NCBI GenBank assembly: GCA_049974445.1
Contig: JBMFIT010000002.1
Coordinates: 1-55,219, forward strand
Length of the DNA: 55,219 nucleotides
Direction of reading: 5' to 3'
Source: Acidilobus sp.
Lineage (GTDB): Archaea > Thermoproteota > Thermoprotei_A > Sulfolobales > Acidilobaceae
Under the pieces are notes generated by a model. That model was not told the DNA's origin. It did not search any database and saw only the letters and a program-made list of their open reading frames with translations. Shown here in pieces: positions 9,110 through 18,297 of this stretch. Numbering within the stretch: the first letter of the stretch is position 1; each line of letters begins with the position of its first letter. The translations under genes were made by a program, and so were the position numbers.

Positions 9110-10554
9110 GGGGCCTTCACCCCCCGAAGGCCTGTAAGTTCCTCTAGTAGCAGTCCGAGGGAGAGTAACTGAGGTTCGCTGAGCGGATTCCCCATCACCT
9201 GCATCCCAACTGGGAGTCCTTCATGGAAGCCAACGGGTATCGTGAGTGAGGGAACACCAGCCAGGTTCGCCACTACGGTATACACGTCAAGAGCGTAAAG
9301 CAAAAGGGGATCCGTTATCCTCTCCCCAAGTCTTGGAGGGAGGACAGGGCTAACTGCCCCAGCTATGAAGCACCTTGAAGTCAACTTGAGGACATCATCC
9401 CTTATGAGCCTCCTCCCCTTTGCGGCCGCCACATAGAACTCGTCACGGTAGCCCTCGCTGAGGGCCATGACACCCAGTAGGATCCTCCGCCTTACCTCCC
9501 ACCCAAAGCCCTCCCTTCTAGTCCCTGAGGCTGTCTCCGTGTAGGTCGGTCCCTTGGCCATGAATGGGTACAGCTTCCCGTCGTATCTGGCTAGATTACT
9601 GGCCGCCTCAGCGAGCGCTATCGTATAGTATACTGGGAGTGCCCTGGTAAGGGAGGGGATTGAGACGTCGTATTCAACACCGACGCCGTTTGCCTCCAGC
9701 CTATCAAGCGTTCTCATTATTGTCTTAGCAACGTGCTCCTCTGACCCTTCTATGAGCTCCCTTGGCACGCAGACCCTAGGTCTCTTATCATAAGAGGGTT
9801 TGATCGGGTAGTAGCTGGACCGCTCTATCCTGAGGCTTGTCGCGTCCCTGGGGTCATATCCTGCTATTACGTCTAGGAGCAGGGCGATATCCTCGACAGA
9901 CCTAGCCATTGGACCTATCTGCTCGAGGCTGTTAGCATAGGGGATGAGGCCATACCTGCTGACCAAACCGTAGGTGGGTTTTAGGCCGTAGGTTGCCGTG
10001 TAGGCTGCTGGAAGTCTTATTGAGCCGCCAGTATCACTTCCAAGTGCTAGGTCTGCGCCTCCGTATGCCAGGGCGGCTGCCGAGCCGCCGCTGCTGCCTC
10101 CTGGAACCCTTTCAAGGTCCCACGGGTTCCTAGTTGGACCATAGGCGCTGAGCTCCGTTGTGCTGCCCATTGCGAACTCATCCATGTTTGCCTTACCTAT
10201 CACGATTCCCCCCTCCCTGAGGATCCTCTCGACGACAGTTGCGTTAAAGGGTGGGACGTACCCCCGCAGTACCTTTGACCCCGCCGTCGTCGGCATGAAC
10301 GATGTTGAGATGTTGTCCTTAACAGCAACTAATAGGCCTGCTAGGCGAGGCCTTAACCCTGCTTGAAGAGCCTTCTCTACGCTTTTCGCAAAAACCTCTA
10401 GTTTTGACTCCTCTTCAAGCGTTATGTAGGCCCTTACAATTTCCTCACGTTTCCTGATCTCGTCTAAGATATCAGCTAGGTGATCCCTTGGTGTAAGGGA
10501 CCCGGTTAATATTTGCTCAATCGTCTCAGAGGCTGTCTTCATCCTCCCCGCCAC
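9106..10554 (-). CDS. gatA: Asp/Glu-tRNA amidotransferase subunit A
   Basis: Amidase signature AVKDN, MDEFAMGS, GGSSGGS, SDTGGSIRLPA; alternative start ATG at 10542. Confidence 0.97.
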   Translation of the reverse strand: MAGRMKTASETIEQILTGSLTPRDHLADILDEIRKREEIVRAYITLEEESKLEVFAKSVEKALQAGLRPRLAGLLVAVKDNISTSFMPTTAGSKVLRGYVPPFNATVVERILREGGIVIGKANMDEFAMGSTTELSAYGPTRNPWDLERVPGGSSGGSAAALAYGGADLALGSDTGGSIRLPAAYTATYGLKPTYGLVSRYGLIPYANSLEQIGPMARSVEDIALLLDVIAGYDPRDATSLRIERSSYYPIKPSYDKRPRVCVPRELIEGSEEHVAKTIMRTLDRLEANGVGVEYDVSIPSLTRALPVYYTIALAEAASNLARYDGKLYPFMAKGPTYTETASGTRREGFGWEVRRRILLGVMALSEGYRDEFYVAAAKGRRLIRDDVLKLTSRCFIAGAVSPVLPPRLGERITDPLLLYALDVYTVVANLAGVPSLTIPVGFHEGLPVGMQVMGNPLSEPQLLSLGLLLEELTGLRGVKAP

Positions 10555-10838
10555 GGTACCTTCACCCTATCCTTGTCGACCCTACCGTCGCCGAGCCACA
10601 CTAGCTTGACGCTCCTGTCATTGACGTCAACGCGTTCAGGTGGGATAAGGACTTCATCCCATACGTTGTAGAGGGGGCTGGCCTCTAGGTCCTTAAGCTC
10701 CCTAACCTTAGACAGGAGCTCCCTAACGGACCTAACTTCAAGGCATATCTTCTCTAGCTCTTCGTCAGATAACTGAAGCCTTGCGAGCCTGGCGAGGGAG
10801 ATTATGTGCTCAAGCTCAGCCTCATCGCAGGAACTTAT
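10539..10838 (-). CDS. gatC: Asp/Glu-tRNA amidotransferase subunit C (missing from ORF track; no canonical start)
   Basis: Read manually: (ATA)SSCDEAELEHIISLARLARLQLSDEELEKICLEV...RVKVPWRGG*; LARL-x-LSDEE and KVP are GatC hallmarks; lies directly upstream of gatA. Confidence 0.85.
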   Translation of the reverse strand: MSSCDEAELEHIISLARLARLQLSDEELEKICLEVRSVRELLSKVRELKDLEASPLYNVWDEVLIPPERVDVNDRSVKLVWLGDGRVDKDRVKVPWRGG

Positions 10839-10907
10839 CCGTTCCCCAAACTAGCCCACCTGCATTTTCGGAGGGTCTGATCGCGTAGCGGTTTATAAAA
10901 CTGACCC

Positions 10908-11948
10908 TTAGGAGGCCTCCAGGGGCCTCAGGCTTTCGAGGCCCATCAATGCCTCAAGGAGATCTATGCCCTGGGCAAGTATTCTCCTCAGACCGTCGAA
11001 TAGCGAGTAGCAGTCTCCCGCACAGCCCTTGCCTCTAACCTTTGAGTAAGCTCCTCCTAAGATGGCCGCCTGCGAGTGAAGGCTCTCATAGAGCTCTAGA
11101 ACGCTCTCCCTCTGGGGGTTCCTAACTAGATTAAGGGCGCTATCTAAGGCCTTATGGACTGAGGTAAAGAGTTCCTTGATCTCGTTATCAAGGGAGAAGT
11201 TGGAGTTGAGGTCGGCTAGCCACTGGGCTATTGAAACAACCTGGTCGGCTATCCTCTCGAGGCTCTTAACCATGGTGTATATCCCTATCACCTCTGCCAT
11301 GTCATTCATACCTAGCTCGTTTGGGCTCATTAGGCCCTGGAGGGCTAGGTTGAGCTGCTTAAAGATGTACAGGTAAAGTTTGTCGACTATGTCGTCCCTT
11401 CTGACAACGGCCTCAAGCACTTCACCTCCCTTGACTCCAGAGATCACATCATTAACGTCGACGAGCATGCTCCTCACAACCTTGACCAGGTTATCAAGGG
11501 CCGATTCGGCCGATATTGACGTAAGGTCAACGACAGCCCTCAATGTCATCTGGCTGTCAGACTCCTCAAGCAGCTCAAGGCCGACTACCTTTGACCTGAC
11601 CATGTTGATGACCCGCTCTGCTAGGTTCGTCATTGCCGGGCTGAACCTCACCTTAATCGTGTCATATCCTGCCAGGTAGGCCGCGATTATCTGCATCGAC
11701 ATGGCAGCGTCGCTTAGTCCATCCCTCAGGCTTATCTCAATTGACCTCTGCTCCCTCCTCCTGCCGCCTCTCATCGATGTGACCTTGATCCAGCCCTCCT
11801 TAGAAAGCTCAAGTGTGACCTCGGACCCCTTCTCAATATTCAGGGCCTTTGCCCACTCCTTAGGTATTGAAATTATGAAGGTCGAGCCCCCAGTCATCTG
11901 GACCCTTCGCTTGACGGTGATCGCAGGTGACTCGTCGTGCTTCGGCAA
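10908..11948 (-). CDS. phoU: Phosphate uptake regulator (AbrB domain plus PhoU domains)
   Basis: RRVQMTGGSTFIISIPKEWA, AYLAGYD, RDDIVDKLY, LERIAD. Confidence 0.88.
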   Translation of the reverse strand: MPKHDESPAITVKRRVQMTGGSTFIISIPKEWAKALNIEKGSEVTLELSKEGWIKVTSMRGGRRREQRSIEISLRDGLSDAAMSMQIIAAYLAGYDTIKVRFSPAMTNLAERVINMVRSKVVGLELLEESDSQMTLRAVVDLTSISAESALDNLVKVVRSMLVDVNDVISGVKGGEVLEAVVRRDDIVDKLYLYIFKQLNLALQGLMSPNELGMNDMAEVIGIYTMVKSLERIADQVVSIAQWLADLNSNFSLDNEIKELFTSVHKALDSALNLVRNPQRESVLELYESLHSQAAILGGAYSKVRGKGCAGDCYSLFDGLRRILAQGIDLLEALMGLESLRPLEAS

Positions 11949-11998
11949 AGCAATCCCTACCTATATAAACTAATTAGACCTTAAATATATGTTGCCCC

Positions 11999-13570
11999 CT
12001 ATGAGCCCACTAGGGGCAGCTCAGTAGCGTCAGCCTCCATTGACCTTGACGAGTGAACCCCGGACACCTTAACAGAAGGAACATATGAAAGCCTTGGCAA
12101 TAGGCCCTTGAGAACCACCATCAACGGATAGCTTCCGGCCTGTCTGGCGTAGCAGTACCTCTGCTCGCACTCCTCAATCCACAGGTCGGTCAGAATGCTT
12201 CCGGGGGGCGCTATCGTGGACAGCATCTTAACGTCGAACGTCTGCCTCACAAAGTGAACGAATGACTTGGCATGTCCCTCGAGCCTTGGCTTGACCCCCC
12301 AGTCCATCCTGAAGACCCTGGTGACCTCAAGGGCTAGAAGCTTTCTTACGTTGACCCTCCTCACCAGGAGCCTCCTCCGGAGTATCTCCTCAAGGAACTC
12401 CCTGTTCAGCCTGTAAGTTTCAGCGGTCTCCCCTGGCAGGCCAAGGATAAAGTTGATACCGGGCAGGAGCTCGGGGAGGCCAGAGGAGCCCCTGGCGGAT
12501 CCGACCCTGTTAATCAGCTCAACAGCGTAGAGGGCGTCCTCGTATGTGACCTTGAGGTTGTTCACATTTACTACTTTAGGATCAACGCTCTCTATGCCGA
12601 GGGCTGCCACGTCGCCAGACGTGTGATACTTCACGATAACCTTTAGCGCTTCCTCGGATTCCTCTGGGTAACGGGCTATGGTGCCGGGGTTCACGTTATC
12701 TATGTGAAGCACCTTAAGGCCCGGGGCTGCTGACCTCACTCCAACGAAGAGTCTCTCAAGGGCCTCTGGGCTTGGCCTAGGCCACTCCTCCTGACCAAGC
12801 TGAGAAGACCCGTATACCAGTATGTCGGCCTGACGGCCCAGCCTGAAGTGCCTAACCCCAAAGCTGTATAGCGCCTCAACTTCCCTCGATATTGAGGCTG
12901 GGTCCCTTTGTATAGGCCTACCCCTCAGAGGCTCAATGCAGAAGGAGCAGCCCCCGCTAACCCATCTAGCGCACCCCCTGTAGGTCTCTATTTCCGCGAC
13001 CAGGTTCTTCCCTAGGTTGGGGTGGTACCTAACTATCCTTGCCCCTAGCACAGCAAACCTGTCAACGTTGCCATAACCCTCCCTGACCCTGTGAGGCGAT
13101 GCCCTCTCCTCTCCCTCCTTGGCTAGATCATAGGCGTACTCCTCGACGTCCCCCGTGATAAGTACGTCTAATCCTCTCCCTTTGAAGAAGCTGGGCGGGT
13201 AAGCGGCCTTGCCACCCTCCAGCCCAAGACCCCACCTGGCCGCTGGGCCCGCGAGGACTTTCAGTGGGCCATCTATGACGGATGCCCAGTGAGCAAGCTC
13301 ATCTGCCCTAGCGGGCTTACCCCCTATATACTTGCCTGGTACCACGACACCTGCTATGAAGAGGACGACGTCGTAATTCATGGCTTTCCTCAACCATGCC
13401 TGAGATGACCTGAACTCGTCTACCGTGACGTAATGCACTGATATGGCCTTATCGACCGCCCACAGGGCTCCAGCGATGTACCTTGGGTAGACGTCTATGT
13501 AGGGTGGAACCCCGAGGCCTCCAGGCTCGTCATTGTAGCCATCTACTATCAGTACCCTTCTCGGCCTCAC
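11999..13570 (-). CDS. Archaeal radical SAM / Fe-S oxidoreductase of unknown function
   Basis: DGYxDEPxGLGVPPY N-terminus; EIETYRGCARWVSGGCSFC cluster motif; GLPGET. Confidence 0.85.
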   Translation of the reverse strand: MRPRRVLIVDGYNDEPGGLGVPPYIDVYPRYIAGALWAVDKAISVHYVTVDEFRSSQAWLRKAMNYDVVLFIAGVVVPGKYIGGKPARADELAHWASVIDGPLKVLAGPAARWGLGLEGGKAAYPPSFFKGRGLDVLITGDVEEYAYDLAKEGEERASPHRVREGYGNVDRFAVLGARIVRYHPNLGKNLVAEIETYRGCARWVSGGCSFCIEPLRGRPIQRDPASISREVEALYSFGVRHFRLGRQADILVYGSSQLGQEEWPRPSPEALERLFVGVRSAAPGLKVLHIDNVNPGTIARYPEESEEALKVIVKYHTSGDVAALGIESVDPKVVNVNNLKVTYEDALYAVELINRVGSARGSSGLPELLPGINFILGLPGETAETYRLNREFLEEILRRRLLVRRVNVRKLLALEVTRVFRMDWGVKPRLEGHAKSFVHFVRQTFDVKMLSTIAPPGSILTDLWIEECEQRYCYARQAGSYPLMVVLKGLLPRLSYVPSVKVSGVHSSRSMEADATELPLVGS

Positions 13571-13746
13571 AGACTCCTCTGGGATGCCAGGCCAGCCACA
13601 GGCCTTAATTCCTGTATTCCATGCGTGAGGTACACCTCCATGCTAAGTATCGCCAATCCGTTGAGGGACTAAGTGACGTGACCATCCATCACCATACCTC
13701 GCCTCAAGAGGACGTAGGGACAGACCATGCCAAAGCGAAAAGCCAG

Positions 13747-13812
13747 GTGGCGTCGGGAACCCTGATCCCTCAGCACGCTATCTAAGTCGGGTAAGTTCTC
13801 CTCATCCGCCAC
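13747..13812 (-). ncRNA. Box C/D guide sRNA predicted to target 23S rRNA (H71 and possibly H69)
   Basis: Minus strand: GTGGCG-g-ATGAGGA(C)-gaacttacccgac-t-TAGA(D')-tagc-GTGCTGA(C')-gggatcagggttc-CCGA(D)-CGCCAC; 6-bp terminal stem; TTTAAA about 22 nt upstream. Confidence 0.8.
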
Positions 13813-13833
13813 TTATCAGACTTGGCTGTGGTG

Positions 13834-13839
13834 TTTAAA
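13834..13839. promoter_or_regulatory. Palindromic TATA box (TTTAAA), probably shared by the sRNA and the epimerase gene
   Basis: Lies between the sRNA 5' end (13812, minus) and the TTG at 13871 (plus). Confidence 0.5.
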
Positions 13840-13870
13840 GTTAGATGGTGCCTGCCAGGAAAGGGGAACC

Positions 13871-14668
13871 TTGATAGCGATATCCGATGGAACCCTTCTG
13901 CTTGAGGTGTACGAGCTAGGGGCCTACGTTTCAACTCTGAAGCACCATGACGTTGAGGTGATACTGAGAGGTGAGCCTGCTTCACCGATGAGGGCAGGCA
14001 TGGCCTTCATGGCCCCTTTCGCCAACAGGGTGAGGGGTGGAGTTTACGAGTTTGACGGCGTTAGGTATTGGCTGCCTAGAAACGCTGAGGGCCATGCTAT
14101 ACATGGCCTCGTCCATGATAAGGAGTTCGAAGTTATTGACCTCCTTGATGACAGGGTCACGTTAAGTACAAGGCTTAGTCATGAGGGCTACCCAAGCGAG
14201 CTCTCCATCAAGGTCACATATGGGGTTAATGGTGCCTTGAGGGCGTCCACTCTCATCACCAATGTAGGTGATCGCAGGGCCCCGCTCGTCGTAGGCTGGC
14301 ACCCCAACTTCGTGGTCAAAGGCAGGTGGAGAGTTAGGCCGTACGGGGTTGCTATGAGGTGCGAGAGCGAGGGAAAGATCCCAACTGGTAGGCTCTCCCC
14401 GCATGAGTTCGATGTTGATGGTGATTATGACGACTGCTTCTTTATCGAGAGCGGTCACGTTGAGCTAACTAGCGAGACGGGCGCTATATTAATCGAAAGC
14501 AATAACATGAAGTACTTCCAGGTCTACACGGGTGTTAAGGGGGCGGTCGCCCTAGAGCCCATGAGCGGCGCCCCTGACGCCTTTCACAACGGGATGGGCC
14601 TCTCAATACTTTGCCCTGGCGAGAGCAGGGAGTTCTCGTTCTCCCTCCTCTTCAGACCTCAACCATAG
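13871..14668 (+). CDS. Aldose 1-epimerase family protein
   Basis: PFANRV, HAIHGL, GWHPNF, YDDCF, ALEPMSG. Confidence 0.9.
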   Translation: MIAISDGTLLLEVYELGAYVSTLKHHDVEVILRGEPASPMRAGMAFMAPFANRVRGGVYEFDGVRYWLPRNAEGHAIHGLVHDKEFEVIDLLDDRVTLSTRLSHEGYPSELSIKVTYGVNGALRASTLITNVGDRRAPLVVGWHPNFVVKGRWRVRPYGVAMRCESEGKIPTGRLSPHEFDVDGDYDDCFFIESGHVELTSETGAILIESNNMKYFQVYTGVKGAVALEPMSGAPDAFHNGMGLSILCPGESREFSFSLLFRPQP

Positions 14669-15444
14669 CCCTCCTCGTACCTAAGCCCATATGGGTCCGC
14701 CTGCTCAATTACCTTCATCTCATCGTCGCTGAGCGGGGAGATTACTTGGACCTCCTTAGGTATGAGGATCCTCATGAACGAGCCCTCAAGAACGTCGTTA
14801 ACAGTGAACCCCGTGAGGATCGCCCTCAGCACGGGACCCTCCTTCGTGAACTCTATCAGGGCCCTGTTCGTACAGAGGTGCTGCTTGAGCCCCCGGTCTA
14901 TCCTAACCCTGCCACTGCCCGTGACGAAGTCAACCTTGGGAACTAGAACCCTTCTCTCGTGCCTTGCCCAGACAACGATCTTCCTGACGAGAGGAAATAG
15001 GTACGCTGCTGCCGCCCCTCCTGGGAGCTTCACCTTGGGCCTTTCGTAGCTGCCAATCGTGGTCAGATTGATGTTGCCTTCCTCGTCAACCTGCGCGGCG
15101 CCGAAGAACATTAGATCCATCTTTCCCTTTGCGGCAAGGTCGAAGGAATCTATCGTAGTTAGGAAACCCAGAGGCTCAGGCTCCATTGAGGGGTCTCCGG
15201 TCGACGGCCTTATCTTAACCCAAGAGGGGTCCGGCATGAAGGGCTCCGCTACGCTGTGCCAGATGAAGTCCCTTCCCAGGTACTTGGCTGCATAAACCAT
15301 GGCTAGCGTTGGGAGTATGCTGTCAAGGCCGTGGTAAACGAAGTCCCCATTCTCTACGAATGAAGCCATACACTTTATCATGAGGTCGGTAGGCCTTGAG
15401 GGTCTCATGCGAGCCACCTCTCGATAAGCTTCTTGGATATCCAC
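14659..15444 (-). CDS. CoA-transferase beta subunit (glutaconate CoA-transferase-like)
   Basis: FGAAQVDEEGNINLTTIG...LPGG. Confidence 0.88.
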   Translation of the reverse strand: MDIQEAYREVARMRPSRPTDLMIKCMASFVENGDFVYHGLDSILPTLAMVYAAKYLGRDFIWHSVAEPFMPDPSWVKIRPSTGDPSMEPEPLGFLTTIDSFDLAAKGKMDLMFFGAAQVDEEGNINLTTIGSYERPKVKLPGGAAAAYLFPLVRKIVVWARHERRVLVPKVDFVTGSGRVRIDRGLKQHLCTNRALIEFTKEGPVLRAILTGFTVNDVLEGSFMRILIPKEVQVISPLSDDEMKVIEQADPYGLRYEEGYG

Positions 15445-16253
15445 TCAAGGGCCCTGCCCACCCTGGCCATTTCATAGTAATCTCTTATAGCGTCGTAGTC
15501 TGGATCGTAGTGGCCGTACACGCCAGTTGGCCATGCCCCGTTAGGGGCGCTGACGACAGCACTTACATGAACCGCTGAGGCTGAAAGCGAAACCCCCTCT
15601 GATTTCACCAGATCCTTCATCACATCAGTAGGCACGACCTTTTCTGCTGTCAAGATCACGCTCCGGGAGGCTCTTATCTTGAGCTCGTCCTCATACTTAG
15701 GGCCCCTTATTATGGCGTTGCCGTACTCGTCGCTTATCTGGACGTGAATTACGGCAACGTCGGGCTCTATTGACCTTACGGCAATGAGCTCTTCTCCGGT
15801 GAATGGGTCCTTAATTGTCCTCCAGGTGCCGAGCTTCTCGTGGAGCTGAACCAGGTCAGAGCCGACAACCCCCCTGACCGGCATGAAGGGAACCCCTTGC
15901 GCCCCTGCCCTCAGGCCGGCTATGATGGCCCCGCAAGTGTCCTCAACGTATTGGAGCTCCCCTCTCTCAGCGGCCCTCCTGACGCTGGGAGCTAGGCCAT
16001 AATGCTCGAAGGTAGCCATGGCTGTCCTGACCCTGGCCAGAGACCCCGAGGCGACCAGGACGTCGACCCCTAGCCCTGGCTCCCTGTCGACGAACGCCAG
16101 TCCCCTTTTGCCCTCCCTGATAAGGACTGCTATGAATGCCATTGGGTTCCTGAAGAACGTAATCCCACTTATTGTAATCTCATCGCCGTCTTTAACTAAC
16201 TGGACCGCATCACGAAGTGGCATAAGCCTTGGGGAGGGCAAGCAATTGCCCAC
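15405..16253 (-). CDS. CoA-transferase alpha subunit
   Basis: LRAGAQGVPFMP, DPFTGE, PDVAVIHVQxxDEYGNA; paired with the beta subunit. Confidence 0.88.
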   Translation of the reverse strand: MGNCLPSPRLMPLRDAVQLVKDGDEITISGITFFRNPMAFIAVLIREGKRGLAFVDREPGLGVDVLVASGSLARVRTAMATFEHYGLAPSVRRAAERGELQYVEDTCGAIIAGLRAGAQGVPFMPVRGVVGSDLVQLHEKLGTWRTIKDPFTGEELIAVRSIEPDVAVIHVQISDEYGNAIIRGPKYEDELKIRASRSVILTAEKVVPTDVMKDLVKSEGVSLSASAVHVSAVVSAPNGAWPTGVYGHYDPDYDAIRDYYEMARVGRALEWISKKLIERWLA

Positions 16254-16358
16254 CTTAAATAGATGTTTATGCTCCTACTATAAAAACTCTGTTCACAAAC
16301 CGCAAGTTCGGGCCAACCTTATTTATCAGGGAAGGGAGGCGCTCCGGGGGCTGAGGAC

Positions 16359-17687
16359 TTGTTAAAGGAAGGGTTCATAGCTCAGCTCTACGACCAAGCA
16401 ACCAGCCTGGTAGGGCAAAACGTCAGGGTGTGCGGATGGGTTGATAACGTCAGAGACCTGGGCGGGGTAAGGTTCGTCCTGCTAAGGGATAGGACAGGCC
16501 TGCTTCAGGTTGTTGTCAAGAAAGGGGTGACCCCGGATGAAGCTATTGAAGCCACTTCCCAGTTAGTGAAGGAGAGCGTCGCGTGCTTTGAGGGGCGGTT
16601 CGTCGAGGGAAAGGGGAAGCTTAGGTATGAGCTGCAGGCCATAAAGGTTACAGTCCTCTCCAGGCCGGTTGAGCCCATACCGCTTGAGCCCGCGACAAGC
16701 ACTGAAGCCCAGCTGAACGTACGGCTAGACTACAGATGGCTTGACGTTAGGAACAGGAAGGTCTCTTCCATATTCGTCTTCAGCTCCTGGGTCGCCCACA
16801 AGTTCAGGGAGTACTTTAGAAGCCTCGGCTTCGTTGAGGTCTTCACCCCCAGAATAGTTGCTGCCGGTACTGAGGGTGGAGCCGAGGTCTTCCCCGTGAT
16901 CTACTTCGGTAGGGAAGCCTACCTTGCCCAGAGCCCACAATTCTACAAGCAGATGGCGGTCATAGCCGGCCTTGAAAAGGTCTTTGAGGTGGGTCCAGTC
17001 TTCAGGGCCGAGACGCACCACACCGTAAAGCACCTCACGGAGTTCCATGGACTTGATATCGAGATGGGGTTCATTGAGGGACCAGAGGACGTGATGAACG
17101 CGCTTGAGGAGTTCTTTAGGAGGCTAGCGATTGAAGCTCACTCCGACATAGAGCTTAAGGGCGTGAGGGAGTTCTTCGACCTCAACGTGAGGGTCCCAGC
17201 CAGGATACCAAGGATAACAATCCGAGAGGCCTATGAGGTGCTTAAGGAGCGCTATAAGAAGGAGCCCTCCTATGGCGAGGACCTAGACCCACAGGCTGAG
17301 AGGCTGCTCGGCGACTATGCGAGTGAGGAATTTGACAGCGACTTCATCTTCGTAACAGAATACCCATGGAAGGTAAGGCCCTTCTACACCATGAGGAAGG
17401 AGGGTGAGGAGGACTGGACATTGGGGTTCGACCTTCTCTTCAAGGGGCTTGAAATAGCCACAGGGAGCCAGAGGGAGCATAGATATGACTACCTGCTGAG
17501 AAATCTCAGAGACAAAGGGCTTGACCCCGCCAAGTTCCAGTTTTACCTCAGCTTCTTCAAGCATGGGGCACCACCTCACGGAGGCGCAGGCCTCGGACTT
17601 GAGAGGATAGTTAAGCAGTTCCTTGGGCTCGAAAACGTGAGAGAGGCGAGGCTGTTACCAAGGGATCCCGAGAGGCTTACCCCGTGA
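16359..17687 (+). CDS. aspS: Aspartyl-tRNA synthetase (archaeal type)
   Basis: OB fold GWV..RDLGG, LAQSPQFYKQ, FRAE, GSQRE, PPHGGAGLGLER. Confidence 0.97.
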   Translation: MLKEGFIAQLYDQATSLVGQNVRVCGWVDNVRDLGGVRFVLLRDRTGLLQVVVKKGVTPDEAIEATSQLVKESVACFEGRFVEGKGKLRYELQAIKVTVLSRPVEPIPLEPATSTEAQLNVRLDYRWLDVRNRKVSSIFVFSSWVAHKFREYFRSLGFVEVFTPRIVAAGTEGGAEVFPVIYFGREAYLAQSPQFYKQMAVIAGLEKVFEVGPVFRAETHHTVKHLTEFHGLDIEMGFIEGPEDVMNALEEFFRRLAIEAHSDIELKGVREFFDLNVRVPARIPRITIREAYEVLKERYKKEPSYGEDLDPQAERLLGDYASEEFDSDFIFVTEYPWKVRPFYTMRKEGEEDWTLGFDLLFKGLEIATGSQREHRYDYLLRNLRDKGLDPAKFQFYLSFFKHGAPPHGGAGLGLERIVKQFLGLENVREARLLPRDPERLTP

Positions 17688-18226
17688 CTGAGCAGGCCTA
17701 CGGAGGGCTAGACCTCTCAGCTAGCCCGAGAAGAAGGAGCGCCGTAGCCCTGTTAGAAGCAGAGGAGATAAGGACCCTCTCGGTCAGAACGGATGAAGAG
17801 ATAGTTAACGCCCTCGCCTCATCGAAGTTAGTTGCCGTAGATTCCCCCTTGACCTTGCCAAAAGGTCTGGGGCACAGGAAGGTCGACAGGCTCCTACTAA
17901 GGATGGGCTTCAGAGTCTTGCCAGCCTCGTGGCCATCCATGAGGGCGCTCCACGAGAGGGCCTTAAGGATAGCAAGCGCCCTTCAAGGGCTTGGGGTCAA
18001 CATCATCGAAACGCACCCAACATCAGCTCTCATGTCAAGTGGCTGCGGGGACGTTGCTGAGCTCGTGGCTAGACTTGGCCTCCACCTTCGTAGCAGGCCC
18101 AGGACCAAGGACGAGTCAGACGCCGTTATCGCAGCAATTGTTGCGCTAGCCTACGAGCGTGGGCTGTCCTACATCATCAGTGCTGGCGATGGTCGTGTCG
18201 CGATTCTCACGACCTTTTGCAGGTAG
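17684..18226 (+). CDS. DUF429-like predicted nuclease (RNase H fold)
   Basis: GLDLS, VAVDSPL, IETHP, DA acidic motifs. Confidence 0.75.
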   Translation: MTEQAYGGLDLSASPRRRSAVALLEAEEIRTLSVRTDEEIVNALASSKLVAVDSPLTLPKGLGHRKVDRLLLRMGFRVLPASWPSMRALHERALRIASALQGLGVNIIETHPTSALMSSGCGDVAELVARLGLHLRSRPRTKDESDAVIAAIVALAYERGLSYIISAGDGRVAILTTFCR

Positions 18227-18297
18227 GAGCGGGGTTTTGACAGAAACCTAATTAGGGGTAAGTGAGCTAATTGAGAAGAGGGAGGACCTAACCCCTG

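Noticed and set aside
13620-13700. Possible second C/D sRNA (GTGATGG...CTTA) on the minus strand
   Set aside because: No credible C' or D box, terminal stem or recognisable target.
13669-13812. 47-codon minus-strand ORF (MADEENLPDLDSV...)
   Set aside because: It coincides with the C/D sRNA, which explains the sequence far better; no recognisable protein motif.
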